64,000 nucleotides of DNA from Burkholderiales bacterium (lineage in GTDB: Bacteria; Pseudomonadota; Gammaproteobacteria; Burkholderiales; Gallionellaceae): NCBI GenBank assembly GCA_038327315.1, contig JBBQKX010000002.1, positions 423 to 64,422 of the forward strand, read 5' to 3'. Positions 20,949 through 30,110 of the stretch are shown here, piece by piece (positions within the stretch are counted from its first letter, which is position 1; every line of letters starts with the position of its first letter). The notes under the pieces are model-generated. The model made no database searches. It worked only from the letters and a program-made list of their open reading frames with translations, and was not told the DNA's origin. The position numbers and the translations under genes are program-made.

Positions 20949-20986
20949 TTTTCGGCCTTATGTAAAGCTTTACATAAGGCCGAAAA
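20949..20986. repeat. Perfect 38-bp palindrome without loop
   Basis: TTTTCGGCCTTATGTAAAG/CTTTACATAAGGCCGAAAA. Confidence 0.95.
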
Positions 20987-21086
20987 AAAGACTTCCAACA
21001 CCGTGACCGGTTCACCATGCAGCACCAACTGCATCTGCGCGGACAGCAGCGGGGATGCTGCCGATGAAAGTCAGTTAGGCCACATA

Positions 21087-23747
21087 TCAATTGGCATACA
21101 GCACCCCGCGTCGTATCAACCACTTTTCGGCCTCGACAGCGAAGAAAACCAGGCTCGACATGACCAGACAAATAGTCAGTTCGCTCAAACTGAGTGGTTC
21201 GGTATGGAAAAGCGTATTGAGTGACGGCACGTAAATGGTGGCAAGCTGCAGCACAAAGGTAATGGATACCGCCCCCAGTAAATAAGGGTTGGAGAACAGC
21301 CCTTGCCTGAAAAGCGAAACTCGCTCCGAGCGAATCGCCATCACATGAAACATTTGCGACAGTGTCAATACTGTAAACACCATGGTCTGCCAATGCGATG
21401 TGCCTGTATGGATAGCCCATGCCTGGGTGATCAAACACACAGCACCAATGCTCAGCCCCACCCACAACATATGCTGCCACATGCCATGCGCAAAGATGCT
21501 CTCAGCGGGCGCGCGTGGCGATCTTTTCATAATGCCGCTCTCTGCCGGTTCAGCCGCCAATGCCAGCCCGGGCAAACCGTCGGTCACCAGGTTTATCCAC
21601 AGAATGTGGATGGGCAGCAGAGGGATCGGCATACCGAAAAATGGGGCTAGAAAGATGGTCCAGATTTCGCCGGAGTTTCCGGTCATGGCGTATTTGATGA
21701 ACTTGCGGATGTTGTCAAAGATGCGCCGGCCTTCGCGCACCGCGTGCACGATGGTGGTGAAGTTGTCATCCAGCAGCACCAGGCTGGAAGCCTCGCGCGC
21801 CACATCGGTGCCGCCCTTGCCCATGGCGATGCCAATGTCGGCACGCTTCAATGCGGGCGCATCATTCACGCCGTCTCCGGTCATCGCTACAAACTCGCCA
21901 TGTGACTGCAAGGCTTCAACGATACGAATTTTTTGCGCGGGATCAACACGGGCATAAATTTGCACGTGCTTTACCTGCTGCTTTAATTCATCGTCGCTCA
22001 GACGTGCCATTTCTGCGCCCGTCATCACGGTGCCGTTGCCGATACCAAGACGTGCAGCAATCGCGCGGGCAGTGGCGGGGTGATCGCCGGTAATCATCAC
22101 CGGTGTGATGCCGGCAGACTTGCACAAGGTGACAGCCTCTTTGGCTTCATGGCGCGGCGGGTCCATCAACCCCACGAGACCGACGAACACCAACCTGGTT
22201 TCCACTGCATCAATCTCATTGGGCAGCGCTGTCCAATGACGCTGCGCTACCGCCAACACTCGCAAGCCCTCGGCCGCCATGCGTTCTGCATTGGCAAGAA
22301 TTTCAGCGAGCCGAAGTGGCTGTTCCCCATTTGCACCAAGCTCTGCCAAACACAGTGGAAGTATGCTTTCCGGTGCACCCTTGGTGTAAGCCATGTTGCC
22401 GCTGCTATGGCGGTGAAAGGTGGTCATGCGCTTGCGTTCTGAATCGAACGGCAACTCCAGCATGCGCGGCGCATCTTTCTCCAGCAATGCCTTGTCGTAG
22501 CCCACCACCAGTGCTGCGGCATACAGCGCGGTTTCTGTTGGGTCGCCTGTGAGCTTGCCATGACGATTGCTGCTTGCATCATTGGACAATGCCATCGCCG
22601 CAAACAAACTACGCCAAGGCTCTTGCTCTGCCACAGCACGCCACTCTCTTGATGCCGCAGAGTCGGCATATAGCTCTTCCACATGCATTTTGTTCTGCGT
22701 CAGCGTACCGGTCTTGTCTGTACAGATATACGTCACCGACCCCAGCGTCTCCACTGCGGGTAGGCGGCGAATCAGCGCATGTTGCTTCACCATCTTGTGC
22801 GCGCCCAACGCCAGTGAAATGGTGACCACAGCAGGCAGGGCTTCTGGAATAGCTGCCACCGCCAGACTGATCGCGGTAAGGAGCATCAGCAACGGCGCCT
22901 CACCGCGCAACAGACCGATCAGAAAAATCATGACGCAAATGACTAATACGGCGATGCCCAGGTGTCTGCCGAAAATTGCCAGGCGTTTTTGCAGTGGCGT
23001 CTTGCCATCCTCGCCGGTTTCCAGCAGGGTCGCGATCTTGCCCAGCTCGGTTGCCATGCCGGTTGCAACCACCAATCCTCTGGCACGTCCGTAGGTCGCA
23101 ATGGTGCCCTTGTAAGCCATGTTGTGGCGATCAGCCAGCGGCAACTCGGAATGGGGCAAGACATGCGCGTGCTTCTCAACAGTGGCTGACTCACCCGTCA
23201 GCAGGGTTTCATCCACTTTCAGCTGCACCGCTTCAACCAGACGCAAATCTGCAGGTACCACATTACCTGCCTCCAGCAACACGATGTCGCCCGGCACAAT
23301 ATCTGCCGCAGGAATATTCAAATGCTCGCCATCACGCAGCACCAGCGCGCTGGCTGCAGCGATCTGCTTCAGTGCTGCCATGGCACGCTCAGCACGATAT
23401 TCCTGCACAAAACCGATGACGGCGTTAAGCAGCACGATAACCACGATAGCCAGTGTGTCCTGCACATCACCAATCACGCCTGAAATAATGGCTGCCGCAA
23501 TCAGGATCAGAATCATGAAGTCGGCAAACTGATCGAGCAGCATCAGCCAGTGCGAACGCGGCGGCTTTTCTGTCAACTCGTTTTCACCAAAGTTCGCAGC
23601 ACGCAGTGCACACTCCTCCGATGACAAACCATAATCAGGGTCTGTCTTGAGTTGAGCCGCTATATCGGATACATCTAGCAGATGCCACAAGGGTGATGAA
23701 TCCGCCCCCTCTGTTGTGCGGCGGCTTTGTACTGATTTTTTATCCAT
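21087..23747 (-). CDS. P-type cation-transporting ATPase (type IIA, Ca2+-like)
   Basis: TGES, IPEALP, DKTGTLT, KGAPE, TGDGVNDAPAL, INLVTDG. Confidence 0.95.
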   Translation of the reverse strand: MDKKSVQSRRTTEGADSSPLWHLLDVSDIAAQLKTDPDYGLSSEECALRAANFGENELTEKPPRSHWLMLLDQFADFMILILIAAAIISGVIGDVQDTLAIVVIVLLNAVIGFVQEYRAERAMAALKQIAAASALVLRDGEHLNIPAADIVPGDIVLLEAGNVVPADLRLVEAVQLKVDETLLTGESATVEKHAHVLPHSELPLADRHNMAYKGTIATYGRARGLVVATGMATELGKIATLLETGEDGKTPLQKRLAIFGRHLGIAVLVICVMIFLIGLLRGEAPLLMLLTAISLAVAAIPEALPAVVTISLALGAHKMVKQHALIRRLPAVETLGSVTYICTDKTGTLTQNKMHVEELYADSAASREWRAVAEQEPWRSLFAAMALSNDASSNRHGKLTGDPTETALYAAALVVGYDKALLEKDAPRMLELPFDSERKRMTTFHRHSSGNMAYTKGAPESILPLCLAELGANGEQPLRLAEILANAERMAAEGLRVLAVAQRHWTALPNEIDAVETRLVFVGLVGLMDPPRHEAKEAVTLCKSAGITPVMITGDHPATARAIAARLGIGNGTVMTGAEMARLSDDELKQQVKHVQIYARVDPAQKIRIVEALQSHGEFVAMTGDGVNDAPALKRADIGIAMGKGGTDVAREASSLVLLDDNFTTIVHAVREGRRIFDNIRKFIKYAMTGNSGEIWTIFLAPFFGMPIPLLPIHILWINLVTDGLPGLALAAEPAESGIMKRSPRAPAESIFAHGMWQHMLWVGLSIGAVCLITQAWAIHTGTSHWQTMVFTVLTLSQMFHVMAIRSERVSLFRQGLFSNPYLLGAVSITFVLQLATIYVPSLNTLFHTEPLSLSELTICLVMSSLVFFAVEAEKWLIRRGVLYAN

Positions 23748-24753
23748 GCAGATAGAGTACGTAGGAATTTAATAGATAAAGCGTAAACAGGCTCAGGCTG
23801 ATCCAGCCTACCCCTCTGAATAAACGAGTATTGGCCCTGTACACCAAACCAATAATGAAGACACCGCTCATTACCACGGCAGACAGTGTGGAAATGGCAT
23901 GTATCGGCGAAACATGCGCGAGCAGCGGCCCTTTGAGGAAGATCAGATCATCGAAGGCTAGGATGGCAATATTAAACAAGTTGCTGCCCAGCAGGTTGGC
24001 GATGGCCATATCGAGTGCACCTATGCGCAATGCTGAAATGGTGACGGCAAGTTCCGGCAGAGAAGTGGCTGCCGCGACCAGCAGCGTGCCTACAAAAGTG
24101 TTATTCCAGCCCATCACTTCTGCCAGTTGAACGCCAAAGAAAGGCAGGAATGCACCGGCGATGATCACCGCGACTGCGGCGGCGGCATAACGTTTTATGG
24201 CGTGCTGCAGCGTAATCTCCGGATAGCGATTCGCAACCTGTTCGGTGAATTCACGCCTTTGCGTGCGCTCGTGCGCAAATACGGTGCGCATGGCAACCAG
24301 ATAAAGTACAAAGATGATTGGGGTGTATGCGCCCACGTGACCAACGCTGAACATGGCCGTTTTCCCCACCAGCAATATATTCAGCCCAGCAAAACCGATC
24401 AGCACCACGCTGAACCCGGCCGAAAGAATATGGCTTTGGCTGGCACGCCGATAAACCGATTCGCCACGATGCAGAAAATCCAGCACGATAAGAATCGTGA
24501 GATTAAACACGCAACTTCCCAGCACATCACCCACAGCAATATTGGGCACGTGAGCCAGCGTGATGGAACTGATACCGGTAATCAGCTCGGGCAGGGAAGT
24601 GACCGTGGCCAGCAGGACAAGGCCAACCCAGCTGCCCGAAAATCCTGTCTTGTCGGCAATCACATCACCGTAACGCGACAGAAACCAGCCCGCCACGCCA
24701 ATGCAGCCTGCACAGAAAGTAAACTCAATCCAAACAAGAATCGCAGCTGACAT
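23740..24753 (-). CDS. Sodium:calcium antiporter (CaCA family)
   Basis: Two alpha repeats: TSLPEL...GDVLGS and TSLPEL...NLLGSN. Confidence 0.9.
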   Translation of the reverse strand: MSAAILVWIEFTFCAGCIGVAGWFLSRYGDVIADKTGFSGSWVGLVLLATVTSLPELITGISSITLAHVPNIAVGDVLGSCVFNLTILIVLDFLHRGESVYRRASQSHILSAGFSVVLIGFAGLNILLVGKTAMFSVGHVGAYTPIIFVLYLVAMRTVFAHERTQRREFTEQVANRYPEITLQHAIKRYAAAAVAVIIAGAFLPFFGVQLAEVMGWNNTFVGTLLVAAATSLPELAVTISALRIGALDMAIANLLGSNLFNIAILAFDDLIFLKGPLLAHVSPIHAISTLSAVVMSGVFIIGLVYRANTRLFRGVGWISLSLFTLYLLNSYVLYLHG

Positions 24754-25088
24754 AAGTTATTTCACCATTACGACAAGTTCGACCGCAGCTATCATGTGCA
24801 TCCTCCGATGCCTCACTCATTTTACACGCAACCCCACGGGACAAAAAAATTCCCTGAGCCGTATTAATAATCAAATTATGTGCCACTCAGTGTTCCAGAA
24901 TTTCTGGGCTAAACCCAACATCGAACCCGGGCAAAGGTAAGTTATGGAGATTTCCATAAATGAAGATAAAGTTTACTCTTTGCCATATTGCGTGCCTTTG
25001 GTTTCTTTGCTGAATTGTTCCTGCTCAAAACTCAATAAGCAATTTGATTATTCCGCACAGACAGCACTTGTGTAGTCTTTGTCCTGAT

Positions 25089-25331
25089 TCAAACACTCAT
25101 GCCGTCGCGAAAGTCCACTAGCCCCTCACGCCAGTAACGCAGAAAGGCTGACAGGCTGGTGATACCGTTTAGCAGCAGGCTCAAGGGGATGGCTACCGTC
25201 TTCAATGGCAACTCCAGCCATTTGAAAATCGGTACATACAACATGCCGCCACCGAGCCCGAGCATGGAGAAAACCAGAGAAACGACGAACACTAATGCGG
25301 TGGCGGTGAAATTCAGGTTGATTGCTTCCAT
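25089..25331 (-). pseudogene. Truncated TauE/SafE (TSUP) sulfite-exporter family gene
   Basis: SMLGLGGGMLYVP...AFLRYWREGLVD is a TSUP N-terminus but stops at 80 aa (family is ~250 aa). Confidence 0.75.
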
Positions 25332-25604
25332 GACCAGCGCCCTTATGCCCTGTCGCCCGGAAGTAAAACGGCTGCAGATAGAACGGTGTTGGTACGCTGC
25401 AAAGAAGCAGGCAGCCGATGGCGTTGCCGAGTTCCGCGTAAAGCGTGGAAAAAAGTTTCAGGCATGGTGCGCTCCTTGTCTGGATTGAACAGCTATGCAA
25501 GATATCAGGGACGATCGATTATGCGCCTGCGCTGGATCCTCCACCGCTTTCAGAAAATTTCTACACTACATCAGCATGTGCCAGTCGGCAGGCCACGCCA
25601 TCCT

Positions 25605-26066
25605 CGCCAAGATCGAAGCTGAATTGTCCGATTTGGACGATGCCGACAAGATGGATTTCCTTTCCGAGATGGACTTAGAAGAACCCGGTCTGAATCGCCT
25701 CATCCGTACTGGTTATGAATTGCTAGGTCTGCAAACTTATTTCACGGCAGGCGTAAAAGAAGTGCGTGCTTGGACTATCCATAAGGGTGATACCGCTCCC
25801 CAAGCCGCTGGTGTCATTCACACCGACTTCGAACGCGGCTTCATCCGTGCTCAGACTATTGCCTACGAAGATTTCATCGCTTGTGGTGGCGAAGCGGGTG
25901 CAAAGGAAAAAGGCAAACTGCGTGTAGAGGGTAAAGAGTATGTAGTGCAAGACGGCGATGTTCTAAACTTCTTGTTCAACGTCTAAGCAACCGTACTAAC
26001 AATCGCTCGCTACGTTTTTAAGTGAGCAACAAAAAAAGAATGTGTACGCACATTCTTTTTTATTGG
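25605..26066 (+). pseudogene. ychF: Direct repeat copy 2: 5'-truncated ychF (last ~126 codons, stop at 25986) plus terminator
   Basis: Near-identical to 20377-20839; lacks the G-domain N-terminus. Confidence 0.95.
26027..26065. terminator. Second copy of the ychF terminator, shared with the convergent hemerythrin gene
   Basis: AAAAAAGAATGTG-TACG-CACATTCTTTTTT. Confidence 0.85.
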
Positions 26067-26503
26067 GTGTTGGTTCTAGGTATGCGTGAATTATGGTAAT
26101 AATCTGCGTACTTCTTATCCTCTTTCAGGATGTGTTTAAGCAATGCTTCCTTAATGTCTAATCCAGCCTCTATCCATTGCTTATCAGCGTTTTGTCCATA
26201 GGAGGTAGAGTCTTTCAGAGTTTGCAAAATCAGATTTTTCAGCTCAACATGCTTGAGTGCATGATCATCAATGTGGGGGTAGCGCATTTCATGCAATAAA
26301 TTCTCTTCGTTAGCAAAGTGCTCTTCTCTGTCTTCTACGATGTTTTGTAATCTCATTCTTATTTCCGAGATGTCCTTTCTATCTACAATGGCCCTATTGA
26401 ACTCTTCGACCATAAGAAGAAATCGTTTTTCATCTTCATCAATCTCTGGGATACCAACGCTCATCGCATCGTTCCACTCGATTTTCCAGATTGGGGTATT
26501 CAT
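26060..26503 (-). CDS. Bacteriohemerythrin-like protein
   Basis: W...MSVGIPEID, HFANEE, HALKH, HILKED; first His ligand replaced by Glu. Confidence 0.88.
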   Translation of the reverse strand: MNTPIWKIEWNDAMSVGIPEIDEDEKRFLLMVEEFNRAIVDRKDISEIRMRLQNIVEDREEHFANEENLLHEMRYPHIDDHALKHVELKNLILQTLKDSTSYGQNADKQWIEAGLDIKEALLKHILKEDKKYADYYHNSRIPRTNTQ

Positions 26504-26548
26504 CGCAACTTCCCTCCGCCGCTAGACAGGCTGAATATTATTGTTCTG

Positions 26549-26589
26549 CTTAAAACTTAAAACTTAAAACTTAAAATTTAAAATTTAAA
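26549..26589. repeat. Heptamer tandem repeat (CTTAAAA)x4 plus degenerate TTTAAAA units
   Basis: Read directly; overlaps the stop codon of the HD-GYP gene. Confidence 0.92.
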
Positions 26590-28809
26590 TCGCCCTTCGC
26601 CGAATAGCTTCAGGCAGACATCAACCACGACTTCGTCATAATGTGTGCCTCTTCCATTTTTTATCTCATCCAAGGCAGCTACTTCACCTAGCCCTGGACG
26701 ATATGGGCGGTGGGAAGACATAGCCTCAACGACGTCTGCCACTGCCAATATCCTACTTCTGAACAGTATCTCGCCACCCTTCAGTCCCAGAGGATAACCT
26801 GAGCCGTCCATCCGCTCATGATGCTGGTGCACCATATCGGCAATCGGCCAAGGGAATCGTATGTTCTTGAGGATTTCATAACCCGCTGCTGCATGTTGTT
26901 TAACCAGTTCAAACTCCATATTACTCAGTCTGCTGGGCTTCACCAGTATCTCCGCAGGAATTTTGATTTTGCCGATGTCGTGCACAATTGATGCAAGATA
27001 GACCGAGTGAATTTCTTCGGCATTCATTCCCAACTCTGTGGCGATGGCTTTCGCCAGCGCTGCCACACGCTTCTCGTGTCCGGAGGTGTATGGGTCGCGC
27101 ATCTCAATAGTCATTGCAATGGCGTTCAAAGCATCCTCCAGGCCCTCCCTCAAAATATCTTCATGATGTTTTTCCATGAGTGCAAGGCGGTTTCTGTCTC
27201 CTTTGGTGCGCAGCATTTCGATGCCGAATGAAACATCAGCGGCAGTTTCTTTCAGGAACTCAATTTGATTATCTCCAAATTCGTTCTTACGGTATGCGCA
27301 AAGTATCAACGCTCCAAAAGGTTTAGCTTCAAAATGGAGTGGCAGAATGACGACAGACTGGTAGCCGAATTTGATGGCCTTAGCCGCCAGATGGTGATGA
27401 ACCGATTCCTGATGGGTGTCGTTAATGACTAATGGCTGGTCTGCTCGTATTGCGGTAATGACGGGTTGTAACCCGTTTCCCGCTTCGTTCCAGTCAATTT
27501 GGTTCGAACTATCCTCCGACTTTGAATAGGTGGCTGCTGTGTGCAGATAATGATCATTTGTGGCTTCGGAGAATCCGATCCATGCAGCAAGATAGTCACC
27601 CGCTTCCACGATATCGTGGCATATCCGCTCTAGCAATTCCTGCTCCGTTTTGGCAAATAACAGGGATTTGTTGCCGGCCGATAGCACGTGCAAAGCGCGG
27701 TTGGCTCGATAAAGCTCATCGTTGACAGCCAATACCTCCGCTGCCTTGAGCTGAAGTGAATTGGCCATCGTGTCGAAGGATTTCGCCAAATGTCCAAGCT
27801 CATCACAATCAGACATATTAACCCTGACAGCCAAATCTCCATTAGTTAGCTTTTTGGCGGCCAAATCAATTGCTAACATACGAGACAGAAATACCTTATT
27901 GCTCCAGCGATAAATCAGAAACAGAATCAGAATGAACGACACAACACTGATTAGGAGCATGACAACTAGATTGAGGTATGCGGGCCCCAGTATCGCATCG
28001 CTTGGCACTTCGATGATTACGCGCATGATGCCTGCGCCCGTCGAAAAGGAATGGCTTACGATCCAACTATTCGCTCCTGAGTTACCTAAACCCTCAAAAG
28101 CAGAGTCTGTTTTAGTAAGGATGTTTTTATAGAAGGGCGAGTTAGCAATGCTTTTATTTACCCAGTCGGCGACATTCTGCGAACTACCAAGTACGACACC
28201 CTTGGCATTTACCAGCAACAGGTGACCCGCTGCTGGTAAATGTATTTCTTCTTCCTTTATCCAGGAGAAATCCATTGCCACCAGAACCACCTTGAGCACA
28301 TGACCATCTTTGTCATGCATCGCACGCGCTTTGATTACGGTATATTGCCCTGGGGTTTTGCTATCGGCCTCAGACACGACATCTTGATCTACCAGCTTCA
28401 TCGCCTGTTTGAAGTATTCCTGATCGGCCACATTCTTTGCGGTCAGCCAGGGAATTGAGTTGCAGCTGATATTGCCATTTGGTTCGGCAATGGCAAAGTG
28501 ACCTAACTCTGAATCTATGCTCAGCTCGCCGACATATCCTTGGCGGCATACCTTGGCTGTTAATCCCTTGCGAATATCGCTCGTAGCTTTGTATGCAATC
28601 ATTCGTGCTAGTGCGAAATGACGGCTCTGTTCGCTTTCAATCCATCTGGATGCCCATTGCAATTCGACAATCTGATTATTCTTGATTTTCTCGAAATCAC
28701 GGGACGACTCAATTGCTTCAAACCCGATGAAAAAAGCGAACATCACGACTAGAAGCAATATAAATTTTGCTCTGAGAGTGGTTGGGAACCATGCATTTAT
28801 TTTTACCAT
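26578..28809 (-). CDS. Membrane sensor c-di-GMP phosphodiesterase (Cache-like, HAMP, GAF, HD-GYP)
   Basis: Two TMs, HAMP (DELGHLAKSFDTM), GAF-like segment, VHDIGK, HHERMDGSGYP, RPYR. Confidence 0.9.
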   Translation of the reverse strand: MVKINAWFPTTLRAKFILLLVVMFAFFIGFEAIESSRDFEKIKNNQIVELQWASRWIESEQSRHFALARMIAYKATSDIRKGLTAKVCRQGYVGELSIDSELGHFAIAEPNGNISCNSIPWLTAKNVADQEYFKQAMKLVDQDVVSEADSKTPGQYTVIKARAMHDKDGHVLKVVLVAMDFSWIKEEEIHLPAAGHLLLVNAKGVVLGSSQNVADWVNKSIANSPFYKNILTKTDSAFEGLGNSGANSWIVSHSFSTGAGIMRVIIEVPSDAILGPAYLNLVVMLLISVVSFILILFLIYRWSNKVFLSRMLAIDLAAKKLTNGDLAVRVNMSDCDELGHLAKSFDTMANSLQLKAAEVLAVNDELYRANRALHVLSAGNKSLLFAKTEQELLERICHDIVEAGDYLAAWIGFSEATNDHYLHTAATYSKSEDSSNQIDWNEAGNGLQPVITAIRADQPLVINDTHQESVHHHLAAKAIKFGYQSVVILPLHFEAKPFGALILCAYRKNEFGDNQIEFLKETAADVSFGIEMLRTKGDRNRLALMEKHHEDILREGLEDALNAIAMTIEMRDPYTSGHEKRVAALAKAIATELGMNAEEIHSVYLASIVHDIGKIKIPAEILVKPSRLSNMEFELVKQHAAAGYEILKNIRFPWPIADMVHQHHERMDGSGYPLGLKGGEILFRSRILAVADVVEAMSSHRPYRPGLGEVAALDEIKNGRGTHYDEVVVDVCLKLFGEGRFKF

Positions 28810-28880
28810 ATGCTCGAAACTTATTCGACGGTTGGCTACACACTCTACGCTGAACTACTTGAAATATCTACGGAAGTAGA

Positions 28881-28894
28881 TTGATATGAATCTA
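28881..28894. promoter_or_regulatory. Possible FNR-like box upstream of the HD-GYP gene
   Basis: TTGAT-ATGA-ATCTA, 9/10 match to TTGAT-N4-ATCAA. Confidence 0.35.
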
Positions 28895-29081
28895 GTTTCC
28901 AGTAGTCACATTCCTGCATTTAGATAGATGGAAGGGCTAGAGGCTAGGCCGCTATTGAAGGTAGAGCAGTCAATCGAGAATATGCATGAAATCTGGCAAT
29001 GACCGGTATGTGGCGCTTTCGTAAGCTGATGGTCAGTCTCAAGCTAAAGATGGCTTGTACGTTAGTGGATGTCGGTCCAGT

Positions 29082-30107
29082 TTATGTTTGAGTACCTTCG
29101 TACCATCCCTGACTGCGCTTTACCAGATACACAACGGACAACATCACCGGCACTTCTATCAGTACGCCGACTACGGTTGCCAATGCCGCGCCCGACTCGA
29201 AACCGAACAGGCTGATGGCGGCAGCTACGGCGAGTTCGAAGAAGTTCGATGCGCCTATCAACGCGGACGGGCCGGCTACGCAATGTGCCTCGCCAACGCG
29301 GCGGTTGAGCCAGTAAGCGAGACCCGAGGTGAAGTACACCTGTATGGTGATGGGCACTGCTAACATCAGGATCACCAAGGGTTGGTCGATGATGGCTTTG
29401 CCTTGGAATGCGAACAGCAACACGAGTGTCAGCAGCAAGGCTGAGATGGAGATGGGGCCGAGCTGGATGAGCATGCGTGACAATGCTGCTGCACCACGAG
29501 CTAGTAAAAACTTACGCCAAAGTTGTGCAATCAAAACAGGTGCGACGATGTATAGCACTACCGATACTAGGAGCGTTTCCCAAGGTACGACGATGGATGA
29601 CAAGCCCAACAGCAGTGCCACTAGCGGGGCGAAAGCAAACACCATAATGGTATCGTTGAGTGCGACTTGGCTCAGTGTGAACAGCGGTTCGCCATTTACC
29701 AAACGGCTCCAGACGAACACCATAGCGGTGCAGGGTGCGGCTGCCAGCAAAACCAAGCCAGCGATGTAGCTATCCAGTTGTTCGGCGGGCAGATAGGGGG
29801 CGAACAGATGGCGGATAAATAGCCACCCAAGTAAGGCCATCGAGAAAGGCTTCACTGCCCAGTTGATGAAAAGCGTGACGCCTATGCCGCGCCAATGTTT
29901 GCGCACCTCATGCAGGGTGCTGAAATCTATGCGCAACAACATGGGGATGATCATCACCCAGATCAACAGGCCGACAGGGAGGTTGACCTTGGCGATTTCC
30001 ATTCCACCCAAGGCTTGAAAAGGGGCGGCAAAGAATTGCCCAGCCAGTACGCCTACGATGATGCACAGGAACACCCATAAGGTGAGATAGCGTTCGAAAA
30101 TGCTCAT
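29082..30107 (-). CDS. acr3: Arsenite efflux transporter Acr3
   Basis: FERYLTLWV, AAPCTAMVFVWS, GASNFFELAVA, GVLIEVPVML. Confidence 0.96.
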   Translation of the reverse strand: MSIFERYLTLWVFLCIIVGVLAGQFFAAPFQALGGMEIAKVNLPVGLLIWVMIIPMLLRIDFSTLHEVRKHWRGIGVTLFINWAVKPFSMALLGWLFIRHLFAPYLPAEQLDSYIAGLVLLAAAPCTAMVFVWSRLVNGEPLFTLSQVALNDTIMVFAFAPLVALLLGLSSIVVPWETLLVSVVLYIVAPVLIAQLWRKFLLARGAAALSRMLIQLGPISISALLLTLVLLFAFQGKAIIDQPLVILMLAVPITIQVYFTSGLAYWLNRRVGEAHCVAGPSALIGASNFFELAVAAAISLFGFESGAALATVVGVLIEVPVMLSVVYLVKRSQGWYEGTQT

Positions 30108-30110
30108 GAC

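Larger units (their letters stand above)
20840..25604. mobile_element. Putative integrase-less genomic island inserted at ychF (cation transport cargo)
   Basis: Bounded by direct repeats of the ychF 3' end; cargo on the opposite strand, looks more GC-rich by eye; contains gene fragments. Confidence 0.7.

Noticed and set aside
20784-21480. ORFs 20784-21224 (+) and 20848-21480 (-)
   Set aside because: They cross a terminator or palindrome and overlap the P-type ATPase; no recognisable motifs
25495-25986. 163-aa ORF as a functional second YchF
   Set aside because: First ~37 codons are unrelated junction sequence and the G-domain motifs are missing
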